Below are positions 1 to 11,598 of a stretch of 62,493 nucleotides of DNA, piece after piece. This DNA comes from Craspedostauros australis (taxonomy: Eukaryota), in the NCBI GenBank assembly GCA_030167865.1, contig JALAGF010003335.1:62001-124493 (forward strand), in the 5' to 3' direction. Every line of letters begins with the position of its first letter. Position 1 is the first letter of the stretch. The notes beneath the pieces are model-generated. The model was not told where the DNA came from. It ran no database searches and saw nothing but the letters and a program-made list of their open reading frames with translations. A program made the position numbers and the translations under genes.

Positions 1-1632
1 ACGAGTTCGGGACCTCTCGCATCCAACGAGGGATTGGCTTTCGATTCTTCCAGGGTCTTCGGCTTCCCTTGTCCGCCCACTGCGTGTCCCTCGTGGACGC
101 CGGCACCATTCATTCTTGGGAGATTCCGGTTTTTCAAAAGGGGACCTCTCACACACCCAAACTCTCTGACAACATGACAACGACTCACGACCGTTTTCTG
201 CGGAAGTTCAATCCGTCGCGCGTCGCGCGTTGCTCGCACATGCTCGTTTCTGGTTGGACAGAATGGGACCTCGACGTGGTCACACCGATGCGTCAGCTGA
301 TTCTTCCGTTTCGTGCACCTTTCGCTGTCACTGGGTCATTGGTCTTTCTTCCTTTTCCCAGAAGTCGCTTTTATCGTCGAGTAACGTTCGCGCAACGGCT
401 ACAATCGGAATTGCACGAGATACGAGATCGACCTCGACAGAGCAATCGTAGAATGCACGCATTAATCTAGAGATAGAGATGCAAACGAAGATGATGAGAA
501 TCAGTCGTGCGATTACAAACACAAGCGGTGGGTGGTCTTGTCCAGTTCCGTCCAATGCAGTCAGGTTGCTATCACGCGGAATTTTACGAGCTATTACACA
601 TGGCATATAATACACAATAGTACGACCTACTCTACTATACTTGATCCGATTCCTTCGTCCGTTCGCGGATGTTGCTCATGTTGCGGGTCGGCATTGTTGT
701 CACAATTGATGCTGAAGTTACGAGGTTGTAGTTGCTGGTACTGTGACTGTTGGCACTGTTGCTGTTACCGTCACACACGACTTGCTCCACCCTGATCATG
801 TTCGCACGTTGCTTCCCACCACGCGTGCTCAACGCAGTCCACCGATGCTCTCCTGTACTTTCGAGTACCTGCCATCTGCTCCAAGGACAACGAACACTCA
901 ACACGGAACCATGGTCTTCCGGCGGGGCATCTGCCGTTCTTGCGAAAATGCAAGCGGCGTTGTAGCATTCGTCAACCGAGTGACGTTAAGTGGGGGTTTT
1001 CTTCCACAACACGTCGACACAAAGATGAAAAAGTCTCATAAACACGCACACACAAAGACACAGGCAGGCTCACGGCAACGAAAGGCCTGCCCACGTCATC
1101 CACACAACCGTTCGGTGTTGGGTGCGTTTACGGACTCTGCGTGCGTCCACTCTGTTTTGTCGTGTGTTTTTGATCGCCCCAGTGTCACCATCCACAACAA
1201 CTTGAAGGAGAAGACAACGTGGCTCATTCCTGGCCGCACAAATCTGCTGCTGGACAGAATTCAATCATTTTCACGCATCGTGACACCGTTGGCCTGTCAT
1301 GACAGATGGTCGCCCTTTGCCGATGCAAGAACAAATGCAAAAAGCGGAGGGAGAAAACGAATGCGATAATGACCAAAACGCGACAAAACGAGCACATGAC
1401 GAACGTCGATGCCGACCAATCACGATTGACGATTGTCGACCTCGTTCTGCACGGAGCGCCTGTCCATTCGTGTGAGTCGTGGAAGACCTGGACTTGGTTG
1501 ACGAAGAACGCAATAGTGTGGCATCAACGGAGCTAGAGAGAGAGGTTGAAAGTTACAACACATCTCAATGTTATCTATTATTAGAATATGGTATTATTAT
1601 ATGAGCTACGCGCTACGAGCGACAAGTACATG

Positions 1633-3396
1633 TCACTCACATCCACCACTCGCGGTGGTTTGACGCCTTAGTACCAAGATGGAGCAGCTTGGCGACGTGG
1701 TCGGGTGGATGCATTCCACTTCGAGGCCTGCTTCCGCCGCCAAGGCCTCCCATTCCCTTATCGTCCGTGCACTCTGCCGACCCACGAGGGCGAACTGAAG
1801 ATTCATCATCAAAAGGAACAGCTCATGCCGGGTTGATTCTTCGGTTCCCTCCACAACCGCATGGCCTCCTGCAAACTGTATCGGAGATGGCACTTCGGAT
1901 GTTCCCCTTGCGTTGGGAAGGACGGTTTCCGCAATCAAGATGCGTTTGCTGCTGGTATCCTCACTTTCATCTTCGTATTTGGGCTGAACCGATGCCTTCG
2001 TGGGTGTTCCAACCGTTGCCATCCCATCCTCCTCGTTCTCTCCCGCATTGTGATGAACTCGTTCACCTCTGCCGTAAAGAGCGTCCGCACATGACCTCAA
2101 CAGCCTCACGGAATCATCGTGGTCCCACATGCTCTTGTCAAGGATGTGCTTCAGGAGTATCGCATCGCCATTCGGGATCGATGCCGAATCCAGCACGTCA
2201 CCACCCACGAATTCGATGTCCGATGGTGTCGATGTCGATGATGATGATGACGCCTGTTGGAGGCCCATCTTCACCTGCTCGATGATTTCTGGCAGATCCA
2301 TGCATATGCAACCGATCGACGGATGCTGATGCAGAATGGCAGACAGCACCTTGCCGTTGTGCCCGCCAACATCGATCAATGTCTTGCCATGTAACCAGGA
2401 CCAGTCGAAGTCATGCACAAGCGCCTCAATCTCCTGTGTGTGGATGCACCGGACAAAGTCGTTGGCGTATTGCAGCGATCGGGGTGCTGTGTCTCGGTTG
2501 TAGTAGCTGTCGCTGGAAACGCTATCATTGGCACGCTCGAACGGCGTCAGACGCGGGGATCTCGATGGGGGTGCATCGCTGCTGTTCGTATCTTCTACAT
2601 TCTGAGCAGCATCCGCATCAGAATCTGTTGAGGTGTTGCTTCCAGTTGACACCATTCCCGTTGGCACGTGTGTAGATGCTGACAGGCTCAGCCACGAGTT
2701 CCAGAGCGGCGCTTCCGTCCAGTGCAGCACCATCGATGACCAGGCGGATGTGATGGGTCGTGGCTCCGCATTCTGGCCGAACGATGATTCAGGTTCGCCA
2801 ACCACCAGCAGCTCTCCCATCGCGGTAAGTCTGTATTGGAACAGCTGCGTGGAGTCCCGCACATCTGCGAGGTCGTTATCGATCTCATCGACGACACCCA
2901 CGTGTGCGACCAACCGCAGCACCCGACTCATCGTGTCGCACTCGATTCCGTGTGCTTCCGAGTCGGAACCTTGGTCGATGCGAACTTGATGTGACGACAT
3001 GACCTCCGCAACAGTCTTGTACCCAGGAGTTGGTCGCATGGCACGCACCGCGTCGGCGTCACTCCCGCGTTCGCTTGCGTCAAGTTCCTGCGCGCTTTTC
3101 GTTGACAACGCTGCCGCGCCGCCACTGTCCACAAAGTATCGCAGCGCCTGTGGAATGACATGCATCGATGACAGCTGCATGAGTTGCAACACGTCGTCGG
3201 AACGGCTTCTCGCGTCGTTCTGCGAATCGTCCGAGCTGCATGCGGATCGCAGCCTGACTCCATTCTCCGGATCACCATGCAGCGACCATACCGGTGTTCG
3301 CACGGAACATCGCGATGTCAACCCTGCCAGCATCCATCCGGACGTGTCTCCAACCAGCACGGAAAGTATGAGGAGAAGGAGCCGAAATGCGATCAT
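1633..3396 (-). CDS. SAM-dependent O-methyltransferase (family 2, COMT/ASMT-like) with N-terminal signal/plastid-type presequence
   Basis: Long ORF; likely ATG at 3396 (MIAFRLLLLILSVLVGDTSG-W). It carries the motifs LIDVGGHNG, CMDLPE, FVGGDVL, LLKHIL and ARTIREWEALAAEAGL, which are typical of Methyltransf_2, plus several low-complexity insertions. Confidence 0.8.
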   Translation of the reverse strand: MIAFRLLLLILSVLVGDTSGWMLAGLTSRCSVRTPVWSLHGDPENGVRLRSACSSDDSQNDARSRSDDVLQLMQLSSMHVIPQALRYFVDSGGAAALSTKSAQELDASERGSDADAVRAMRPTPGYKTVAEVMSSHQVRIDQGSDSEAHGIECDTMSRVLRLVAHVGVVDEIDNDLADVRDSTQLFQYRLTAMGELLVVGEPESSFGQNAEPRPITSAWSSMVLHWTEAPLWNSWLSLSASTHVPTGMVSTGSNTSTDSDADAAQNVEDTNSSDAPPSRSPRLTPFERANDSVSSDSYYNRDTAPRSLQYANDFVRCIHTQEIEALVHDFDWSWLHGKTLIDVGGHNGKVLSAILHQHPSIGCICMDLPEIIEQVKMGLQQASSSSSTSTPSDIEFVGGDVLDSASIPNGDAILLKHILDKSMWDHDDSVRLLRSCADALYGRGERVHHNAGENEEDGMATVGTPTKASVQPKYEDESEDTSSKRILIAETVLPNARGTSEVPSPIQFAGGHAVVEGTEESTRHELFLLMMNLQFALVGRQSARTIREWEALAAEAGLEVECIHPTTSPSCSILVLRRQTTASGGCE

Positions 3397-4115
3397 GTCA
3401 ACGATTGCAACAGTTGCGAAGGTGCTCGTAGATGGGCATGCAGGTAGAAGCACGTGTGCGATCTATTGCTGGAGAGACAGCTGGCTTCTGAAGCATCGTG
3501 GGTTCCTCCTTGTTCGTGTGGTGCTGATGGCTCGCCAGGGGTCTTGGCGCCAGCAGAATCGGTGGGGCAGAAGAAGTGTTCGCGACTCTGCAAAACTGCA
3601 CTTCGCGGTGATGGTTTGGATACCATTCTCAGCCACACGGACAAACCAGGAAACGTATCTTTGTCTGATGACTTCTCAGTGCCCACATGAACACCAACAC
3701 TGCACAGCGCGAGACAAGGCACACGCGTCAGGCCATGGCTCGTCCCGTTGATAACCACACACTGCGGCTGTTTGTGTCTTGCGATGCCTTCGAAACTTAC
3801 TGCCAAGCAGAGCAGTCTCGCCTCTAGCCACGACGCATTATACTATCTGTTGTTGATCTGCTACGTATCCAATCGTTCGTTGACGTTCTCAGAATTTAAC
3901 TCGCGAGAGTAAAGTAGTATTGTATACTTCTACGACACATACTTGTACGCACTGGCATGTATGCAGGGGATGCTGTTCGTACCGGCCTCGTCAGCTCGCG
4001 GGTGCTGCTTGTGCGCATCGTGTGCTTGCCTTCTCTCTCTCTGTTTCTCTAGTACTTGTATCGCTGTATCATTGTATCGGTGTAACATCGTGCCGTCGTA
4101 CCATCGTCTTCTAAT

Positions 4116-7100
4116 CTATCCGTTCAACTTGTCAGCCGGTGGGATGTAGGGTGCCTTCACGGTCTTGCGTCGCAAACCAGGCAGGTCGAGGTCGGAAAAC
4201 CAGGCATGAGTCAGGATGTCCTTCTCGCCGCCCCTCAGCTTGCCAAGGCGTTCCTTCGGATCCTTCTCCAGGATCTTCGTCACGAGATCCGCCACCTCCG
4301 GGCTCTTCGTGTCCGGCAGCGGGTAGAACTTCTCCTGCACCACGGCCTGGAACAGCGCCATCTGGTCCATGCCCTCGTAAAAGAATGGATTCTCCCCCGC
4401 CACCATCTCGTATATCAACACGCCCAAGGCCCAATGGTCCGCCCCCGCGGCGTGGCCGCGATTCATCACGATCTCCGGCGCCAAGTAGTTCGGGGTGCCG
4501 CAGAACGTGTACGTCAGCTCATCCTCCGTCACATGCTTCGCAAATCCAAAGTCGACGATCGTCGGATAACCCTCCGTGTCGATCAGGATATTCTCCGGCT
4601 TCAAATCGCGAAAGATGAAGTTCTGCCGGTGCATGTAGGCCAGGGTGTCCGCGACATTCAGGGCGTAGAACTTGGCCTGATTCTCATCCATGCCAGAGTG
4701 CCATTCTCCGTCTTCATCCTCGCGGTGGATGACATTCCACAGCTCGCCTCCACGCACCAGGCTCGTGAGCATGTAGATGTGCAGGTCGTCCTCGTACGTA
4801 TTGACGAGATCGATGACGTTGGGGTGGTTCATTTGCTGGATGACCGTGATTTCACGCTTGATCGCTGACACGGCATCGGTACGGACGCCATCCTCCTTGT
4901 CCTGCACCTTGAGCGCGAATTTGGTCTTTTCTGCGTCCACGCCTTCGACGCTGACCGAGCACAACCACACCTCTGCGAACTGTCCAGTTCCGATGATCTT
5001 CACCTTCTCCACATCCGACAGCGACGTGTTGGCTTGGATGGAACCTCGCAGGTTGGATCGCTGTTCCAAAACCTCGGATTCTTGCTTGTAGATGGCATCT
5101 CCGATCTGCTTCGTGTCGAAGATGGATCGGCAGCTCTCGAGCGTCAGCATGCCGACTAAGCAATGATTCGACGCCGTCGCCGTGTACTGCGCCGTTGTCA
5201 TGGAATCAGGAGCCGAGCACTCGCCGCTGGCATCCGCAAGCAACTGCTCGTGACCGAAACATCCGCCGATCTCGATCGTTTCGGACCGTTTCTTGTCCTT
5301 GGTGGCGATCTTCACCGATCCCTCCCGCACAATGTACAACGCGGCCTTCGTCTTTTCTCCCTCCTGGAAAATCTTCTTCTTCACACGGAACATCTTGTCC
5401 GTCACCAGGCCTGCCAGAGCCGACACGTCGCTGGATTCCAAATCGGCGTCGCGGAGGATCTGGATGCCCATCAGCTTGAACTTGTCCTGCGATTTCATGA
5501 TCGCCGGTGCGAAGTCGACCGATATCTTCTCGAACGCTTTGCGGCTGATGGAGAACACTGTGCCCTTGGCGATGCCAATTCCATTCGCCTCTCTCGGCTC
5601 CTTGTTGATGATGGCGCGCTCGCCGAAGTAGTCGCCGGGTCCGAGCGTCACGTCCTCGTAGAGGGTGTTGCCGAGGTCGATGTCGGTGCACTTCACGTTG
5701 CCCTCCTTGATGACGAAGAACGTGCTCTCCCTCTCGCCCTTCTTCATGATGCTGTCGCCGGCGTCGAATGTTCTGGGCATCATGCAGGAATACAGCCAGT
5801 CCTTGTCCTTCTGCGACAACGATGACAGGAATGGAATTTTGTTGAGCAACGTCCGCTTCTCCTCCCCAAGTTGCTTGGCCTTGTTCTGCAGCATGAATCG
5901 GAAGGTCATCTGATCAACACGGAAGAGCTTTGTGCGCACCTTCGCAACGACATCGGCTGCGCGCGGCGACGTGTACAGCAGCGCCAAATCTCCAAAGTAA
6001 TCGCCGGACTTGCCCTTGACGAGGGATTCTTTGCCAACCATGATGCCGACCTTGCCTTTGCCGATGACGTAGAAGTAATCTCCAGGATCCCCCCGTTTGA
6101 TGATCGTGGTGCCCTCCGGCGCGTCGAATTCTTCGAATGCATTCATGAGGGTCTCCAACTCATCCTCCGACAAATCGTCAAACACGAAATTCCTTCGCAA
6201 CGCCTTCTTGATCAACCTCAAATCGCTGGGATCTTTGAAGTACCTGGGTGGTTTGAAGTCGGTGAAATCAATGAATGGATCTGCCGTGACGTTCATCAGC
6301 GAACCAGCCTTCTTCATCAGATCACGACGACTGCCAGACTTTGGAGGTGTCGACGATTCTCCGCTCTTGCTCTTCGATTTCTTGTCGTCGTTGGTTGCGG
6401 CGGAATCCGTCTTCTTCGATGATGACTTGGTCTTGAGCGACCTCTTCGATGATGATTTTGGTGATACGCCGGAGGACAGCGGTGGCGCGTCAGGTGATGA
6501 CGATGATTTGGATTTCGATTTGGACTTCGACTTTGATTTGGATTTGCGGTCGTGGCCGGATGCGCTGTCGAGTTTGGATTTGGATTTGCGGTCGTGACCC
6601 GATGCGCTGTCGAGCTTGGCTTTGACCTTGGATTTCTTGGTACCTCCGACAGGTGCCGACGATGGTGCCTTCCACGAGTTCTTCATCTTTATCTTTGGCG
6701 ATGTGAACATGTGATCGTCGTCGTCGGAAGATTTCGATATGGCCATCTCGAATTTGGAAGCGATGTCTTCGACGCTGGACCCTCGCTTCGGTGTCTTGTG
6801 TGATTTTGTGACCTGCGGCGAGTGCGTGCTGACGGCCCGTAGCTGCTTGCTGCTGCTGCTTCGTTTTCGCCTGTGATGGCTGGATCCGGATAGCTGGTTC
6901 TTCTTGATATCCTCCTTCTTCATTTTGAGCCTCGTCGATTTGTAATTCCCAACCGACATCGCCTTCCTTTCTGCCAACGGCGATGACCCGGAGGATGCTT
7001 CCTGCGGCGTGAGCGGATTCGGCGTCGTGGCACCGCTCTTCGATCCGGGCTTTCGTTTTGGCGTGAGCTGTTGCGATGCCGACACGACGAAGCCCGTAAG

Positions 7101-8846
7101 GGGTGTTTTGGATGTGGACACGGGAGACGACGTTTCGGATGCGGATCTGAGCGGCGGCTTTTGGCCTGTGGGAATATCGGACGGTGCGAGTGTCGGAACG
7201 GATGTTGTGGCGCTGCCAAAGAAATCCTGCTTCATTTTTTCGACGTTGGCGCGACGCGTTGCCCGATCTGGGGCGCGCGACGCCTTCGATTTGCGTGGGC
7301 TTAGGGGCGTGTCATCCGCCGAAAAGAAGCTGGATTCGCTGTTTTGATTGACGTCGCCTGGCTTGAGCAGTGACTTGTTTCTGCTGCCGTGATCCGCGTC
7401 GTCCGAATCGTCCAAGGTATCGCTGGACATGCTGTGATCGCTGTGACGGTCCGACAAGGCTCCGTGTTTCGCATCGTGCGTGCTGGCGTCATCCTCGAAA
7501 CTGCCGGTGGCGCACAGACTCTGCAACGAGGCTTTGATTTTGGGACCGCGCGGCTGCGTCGGGCTCACGAAGGACCGACCATGCAAGCTGCCTCCTATCA
7601 CACGTCCCTTGGTCGAGGGCTTCTTCGCGTCCTTGTCTCCTGACGAGGTTCTTTTGTGCATCGATGTTCCTCTCAGCTTCGGCGACACCATCGATTTGGT
7701 GGGAGACGAAAATTCGCTGTTGCTGGTGAGAGGTACTTCCAGGGTGTCCATCTGCTCCTCCGATTCATCATCGCCGTCACCGTCATCGGCGGATGCGGCG
7801 CGACGTGACTTGTTTGGCGACTGCTGCATTTTCCTGGGTGATGAAATGGTTTCGAGATCGTGGTCCGAGTCGGATTTCTTGGACGACGCGCCTTCCGCCT
7901 TGGCCAGCATGTTCGCCTTGGCCAGCACCCTCTTCCGCTCCATCGCCGCGGCGTCGTTGCCGTTCTTCTTCTCCCGAATGTATGATTTTTCGCGTTTGGG
8001 GGCGGATCGTTTGGTGCGGACATGGCGCGGGCTGACGAAGTTGGTGGGCGTCTCGGACGAGGAGCTGAACATGTTTATTCGGTCCTTGACGGACATGGAT
8101 CGCGTTTTGGGGGATGGGTTGATGTGATCCCTGACACGCGCATTGGCGGTGGAGTTGTCGCTGGACGCGTTGGTGTCTATGGAATGATCCGACACAGCTT
8201 GCGGAGGCATGTCCGCGTCGGGCGGCGTGTGCAATTCGGCCGCATCCAAATCCACGGCCGGTGGCGGAATGCCCGCTGCTCGAACGCGGTTGACCACCCT
8301 CCCGGCCGCGCTCTGCGAATGCCTCCAGCCAGACGAGGGCGTGGCACCAGGCGTCGTGTACTTGTGCGCAACGCCGTGGTTGGGCTCCGGGCTGAATTCT
8401 CCGTTGGCGGACCTGGCGACTGGTCCAGCCGGCAGTCTTCGGCCTGCGTCCGCGGGTGTCATGGGGGCATCGGCGCCTCTTGGGTCCGCGGTGGGTTTGG
8501 CGCCAGGATATGGGCTGATGGATGCGGCGCCCGTGGAAGTGGAGCGGCCGACCTGAGCGATGAAGGGCAGGTCCTTCTCGGATTGGTTGGTATCGCGCGC
8601 GGCCCACTTGTCCATGATGTTGGAAAAGGCCGACCCTTTGCTGCCTCTGGGTGTCTTCGTGCCAGGCGTGGCCGTGACATCAGCTGCGATGGTGGTCTTG
8701 TCGGCACCGGGCTGGGCCACGGGAGAGACCACGGCAAAGTCTTCGTTGGCGCTGTTGCCGCCATTGGCAAGGTCAGCATCGTTGTCGCTCTCGCCGTCCG
8801 TGGGGACGCTGTGTATTGAGTGGTTTGATGTGTCCGGGAGGCTCAT
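4116..8846 (-). CDS. Cyclic-nucleotide-dependent protein kinase (PKG-like: long disordered N-terminus, three cNMP-binding domains, AGC kinase); no introns seen
   Basis: ATG at 8846 (MSLPD). cNMP motifs are GDPGDYFYVIGKG...FGDLALLYTSPRAA and FGERAIINKEPREA. Kinase motifs are GTGQFAEV, FALK, FRDLKPEN, DFGFAK and TFCGTPNYLAPE. Confidence 0.92.
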   Translation of the reverse strand: MSLPDTSNHSIHSVPTDGESDNDADLANGGNSANEDFAVVSPVAQPGADKTTIAADVTATPGTKTPRGSKGSAFSNIMDKWAARDTNQSEKDLPFIAQVGRSTSTGAASISPYPGAKPTADPRGADAPMTPADAGRRLPAGPVARSANGEFSPEPNHGVAHKYTTPGATPSSGWRHSQSAAGRVVNRVRAAGIPPPAVDLDAAELHTPPDADMPPQAVSDHSIDTNASSDNSTANARVRDHINPSPKTRSMSVKDRINMFSSSSETPTNFVSPRHVRTKRSAPKREKSYIREKKNGNDAAAMERKRVLAKANMLAKAEGASSKKSDSDHDLETISSPRKMQQSPNKSRRAASADDGDGDDESEEQMDTLEVPLTSNSEFSSPTKSMVSPKLRGTSMHKRTSSGDKDAKKPSTKGRVIGGSLHGRSFVSPTQPRGPKIKASLQSLCATGSFEDDASTHDAKHGALSDRHSDHSMSSDTLDDSDDADHGSRNKSLLKPGDVNQNSESSFFSADDTPLSPRKSKASRAPDRATRRANVEKMKQDFFGSATTSVPTLAPSDIPTGQKPPLRSASETSSPVSTSKTPLTGFVVSASQQLTPKRKPGSKSGATTPNPLTPQEASSGSSPLAERKAMSVGNYKSTRLKMKKEDIKKNQLSGSSHHRRKRSSSSKQLRAVSTHSPQVTKSHKTPKRGSSVEDIASKFEMAISKSSDDDDHMFTSPKIKMKNSWKAPSSAPVGGTKKSKVKAKLDSASGHDRKSKSKLDSASGHDRKSKSKSKSKSKSKSSSSPDAPPLSSGVSPKSSSKRSLKTKSSSKKTDSAATNDDKKSKSKSGESSTPPKSGSRRDLMKKAGSLMNVTADPFIDFTDFKPPRYFKDPSDLRLIKKALRRNFVFDDLSEDELETLMNAFEEFDAPEGTTIIKRGDPGDYFYVIGKGKVGIMVGKESLVKGKSGDYFGDLALLYTSPRAADVVAKVRTKLFRVDQMTFRFMLQNKAKQLGEEKRTLLNKIPFLSSLSQKDKDWLYSCMMPRTFDAGDSIMKKGERESTFFVIKEGNVKCTDIDLGNTLYEDVTLGPGDYFGERAIINKEPREANGIGIAKGTVFSISRKAFEKISVDFAPAIMKSQDKFKLMGIQILRDADLESSDVSALAGLVTDKMFRVKKKIFQEGEKTKAALYIVREGSVKIATKDKKRSETIEIGGCFGHEQLLADASGECSAPDSMTTAQYTATASNHCLVGMLTLESCRSIFDTKQIGDAIYKQESEVLEQRSNLRGSIQANTSLSDVEKVKIIGTGQFAEVWLCSVSVEGVDAEKTKFALKVQDKEDGVRTDAVSAIKREITVIQQMNHPNVIDLVNTYEDDLHIYMLTSLVRGGELWNVIHREDEDGEWHSGMDENQAKFYALNVADTLAYMHRQNFIFRDLKPENILIDTEGYPTIVDFGFAKHVTEDELTYTFCGTPNYLAPEIVMNRGHAAGADHWALGVLIYEMVAGENPFFYEGMDQMALFQAVVQEKFYPLPDTKSPEVADLVTKILEKDPKERLGKLRGGEKDILTHAWFSDLDLPGLRRKTVKAPYIPPADKLNG
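6535..6618. repeat. 42-bp tandem duplication inside the kinase CDS (KLDSASGHDRKSKS x2), next to a (KS)n run
   Basis: Two near-identical units gatttggatttgcggtcgtg..gatgcgctgtcgag, also visible in the translation. Confidence 0.85.
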
Positions 8847-11043
8847 CGTTGCAGTAGTCACTGCTCTATTGCAGTTGCCAGTATTGGTGGTGTCGTCGCC
8901 GCTGATGTGGAGGTTGGGGCCTGCACCTGAGCGGGCGTCCGATTCTGTGCTGACTGGTGAACGACCGGAGGGTCACAGCGGAATGTCTGGCACTCTTTCC
9001 CGCTGTGTTGTGCTGTGTTGTGCTGTGCTTGAAGACTCGATGTGTGATGAAGCTCTGCAATGAAGCCCTGTGAGGAAGCCCTGCAATCAAGCTCTGCGCT
9101 GACGAGTTGGTTGTTGTGACGGATTGATGGATCGACCTCCTTGATGAATGACCGAGCAGTGACCAAAACAGGTGGAGTGAAGCGGAGGACGATCTATAAT
9201 ATTCGTCTTCGCAGGAAGAAGAGTCGGCCAATGGAGCGATTGTTGGATGGATTGAACTGCGGAGGTCGCGACAAGCAAACGAAGGTGCGCTGGCTGTCAC
9301 TGGTCCTTGCGTCCAGCAGCAGTATTGTCCAAGGCAAAAGGGCGTCTTTCGCTGTGATGGTCTGTTTGTTGGCAACGGAAGATGCGTCCGGTGCTGTTGC
9401 GGATTGACTGGCTGCGTGGGAGGCGCTTGTTGCAATGGCTTGAGCTGTATACTAGTCGTATGTATCTGGCTCACTCGGCTTGGCGCAGAGCAACGTGCAA
9501 TGCAATGTCAGGAGAGATCCGTTTCCGTTTTCGCTCGGCGCACTCCAACAAGTCACTGGACCTTTGGCTTCCAAGACGTTGCGATGGAAAAGATACTGAT
9601 CCAGCCCTGCGGCTCCTCTCCGACTTCTGGCTGTGCTTGTTATGTCTGCTTTTCCCTCTTTCTGTCTGTTGCAGCAACTTGTTGCCTGAGCACCGCAATC
9701 CAGTTCCGCGATGTGAAGGCCGCGCGAAAGATCCCGCGCTTTGTGTGGTTGTTGCTGTTTCAGGTGCGAACTGCTAATACTTCGCGACACTCAGCGCGCT
9801 TCGGTCTCAACCGGGGAAAGACTGCTTTGCGAAGTGGCTGCGCGCACTGGTGCAAATGGTGACAAGGGGGCGTGCTTGCGATGGGCATGCACAGGAGGTC
9901 CGCGTGCTCTGTCGGTTATTCAGAACTGTCGTTTGTATGCAAGCCCCTGTTTGTCTTGCTTCCTTCCTTCCTTCCTTTCTTGGTTGCTCTTGCTCTTGTT
10001 GTTGCTCTTGTTGGTGTTTCCGTCGGTGGTGTTGCTTTCTTGTTCCCTTCCATTTGCCTCGTGCGGACACTCGCGTGACTGCTCTTCGTGTTTGTTGGTG
10101 AATCCGCCGTGTGATCACCGTGTCATTGTTCGATCTTGAGGTCACGTGACTCTCGAACAGACATGCCAGCGACATGGAGAAGGCATATGTGATCCTTTTC
10201 GTACATTCTGTTCTGTTTGGCGATGGGCTAGCCTACTGCATTCAACTAGAGTCACACAACAGAGCGCGCCAAGCATCTGCGTGGAGAGCAGCATTGTCGT
10301 CGAGCAAAGATACGACCACAACACCGATGCAACACAGAAACAGAAGCAGAGAGAGATCAACCAAGTATTATTGCATCCCAACGCTGTATTCTCATCGCCC
10401 AGAAACGCAGCGTGATGTGTCCAACAAGCAAAATGTCATGAGATCACGAATCGGGTCAATCATGATACAACAAGAACCAGACAGACCAGCGCCAATCAGG
10501 TGATGCACACGAGAACGGTGCAACACATGCTCGCATTTATGGACCATCGGTACGTTCCATCACAACCACACAACAATCAGCAATGCAGCACAACAGACAT
10601 AATCGTGCGTACAATACTTCAAGCGGAGCAGACAGAGACTTGGTTGCCAAACATGACAGGATGAGGTGATGCCATCAGCAGAGTCAAATCGGATGGGCCT
10701 GTGTATTGTAAGTAGAGCATTGAATTCATTGTTTGTTTCAGTTTTGTATTTGGCAATCGCCATGCTCGTCGTCATGCTGCGTTCCAGAGGTGTGTGCATG
10801 GTATGCACGCCGTTGGCACGCCGCCGACCTTGTGCCAGCATGCGTCATTGCGATGTCATGGAATGGAATGCGTCGCAGCATCAACACGAGGAAGAGGCGA
10901 CGCAAACGGCGATCCATCGGCACATCGATCCGTTGACTTGACGAGCATGGTGAATGTGTGGGAGAAGCGGAGTGCGGTAGAAGTACGATGGGCGGTGCAT
11001 GGGATGATGTAATATATGATCCTGTCGCAAGCAAAGTTATCAC

Positions 11044-11598
11044 CTAACCGCTGTTGGACAGAGCACCTGACAACCAGTCCAAACCCTCGTACAATCCTTC
11101 TCCGGTCGACGCGCAGCACGGTTGGATGAACCACTGGTGCTTGACTGCTTGCAGATCCAGCTTGTTGGCGAGGGTGGCGGCGTCGTAGGCCGTGGGCAGA
11201 TCCTGCTTGTTGGCAAAGACCAGCAGCAGGGCATCCTGCAATTCGTCCGCGGCGAGGAGGCGCGTGAGCTCCCTCTTGGCCACGTCCGCGCGATCCCGAT
11301 CGGCGGAGTCCACGACGAAGATCAGGGCCTGGGCGCCGTCGTAGTAATGCCTCCACAGCATGCGCAGCTTGTCCTGACCGCCGACGTCCCACACCGTGAA
11401 TCCGATATTCTTGTACTCCACCTGCTCCACGTTGAAACCGATCGTGGGGACAGTGTTCTGGACCTCTCCCAGCTTCAATCGATACAGCAGCGTGGTCTTG
11501 CCTGCCGCATCCAGTCCGAGCATCAGAATTCGGTATTCCTTCTGTCCCAGCAAACGATCCCACACCGGGCCCCAGAGGGAAGACATCACACCGCCCAT
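11044..11598 (-). CDS. ARF: ADP-ribosylation factor (ARF-family small GTPase)
   Basis: 184 aa. Gly2 myristoylation site, [30 protein letters not shown] and GLYEGLDWL. Confidence 0.96.
   Translation of the reverse strand: MGGVMSSLWGPVWDRLLGQKEYRILMLGLDAAGKTTLLYRLKLGEVQNTVPTIGFNVEQVEYKNIGFTVWDVGGQDKLRMLWRHYYDGAQALIFVVDSADRDRADVAKRELTRLLAADELQDALLLVFANKQDLPTAYDAATLANKLDLQAVKHQWFIQPCCASTGEGLYEGLDWLSGALSNSG

Noticed and set aside
555..572. Minus-strand 18-mer resembling the leader of the POP5 relic (tagcaacc--actgcatt)
   Set aside because: A 16/18 match is expected by chance in a window this size, and it does not extend.
1..1600. Several 60-208 aa ORFs at the window start
   Set aside because: No recognisable motifs or coding-like bias; they look intergenic or UTR-like.
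4132..8819. Many long antisense and alternate-frame ORFs over GC-rich genes (also at 14982-15959, 26088-27350, 34770-35795 and 46233-49712)
   Set aside because: These are shadow ORFs caused by high GC3 codon usage of the real genes.
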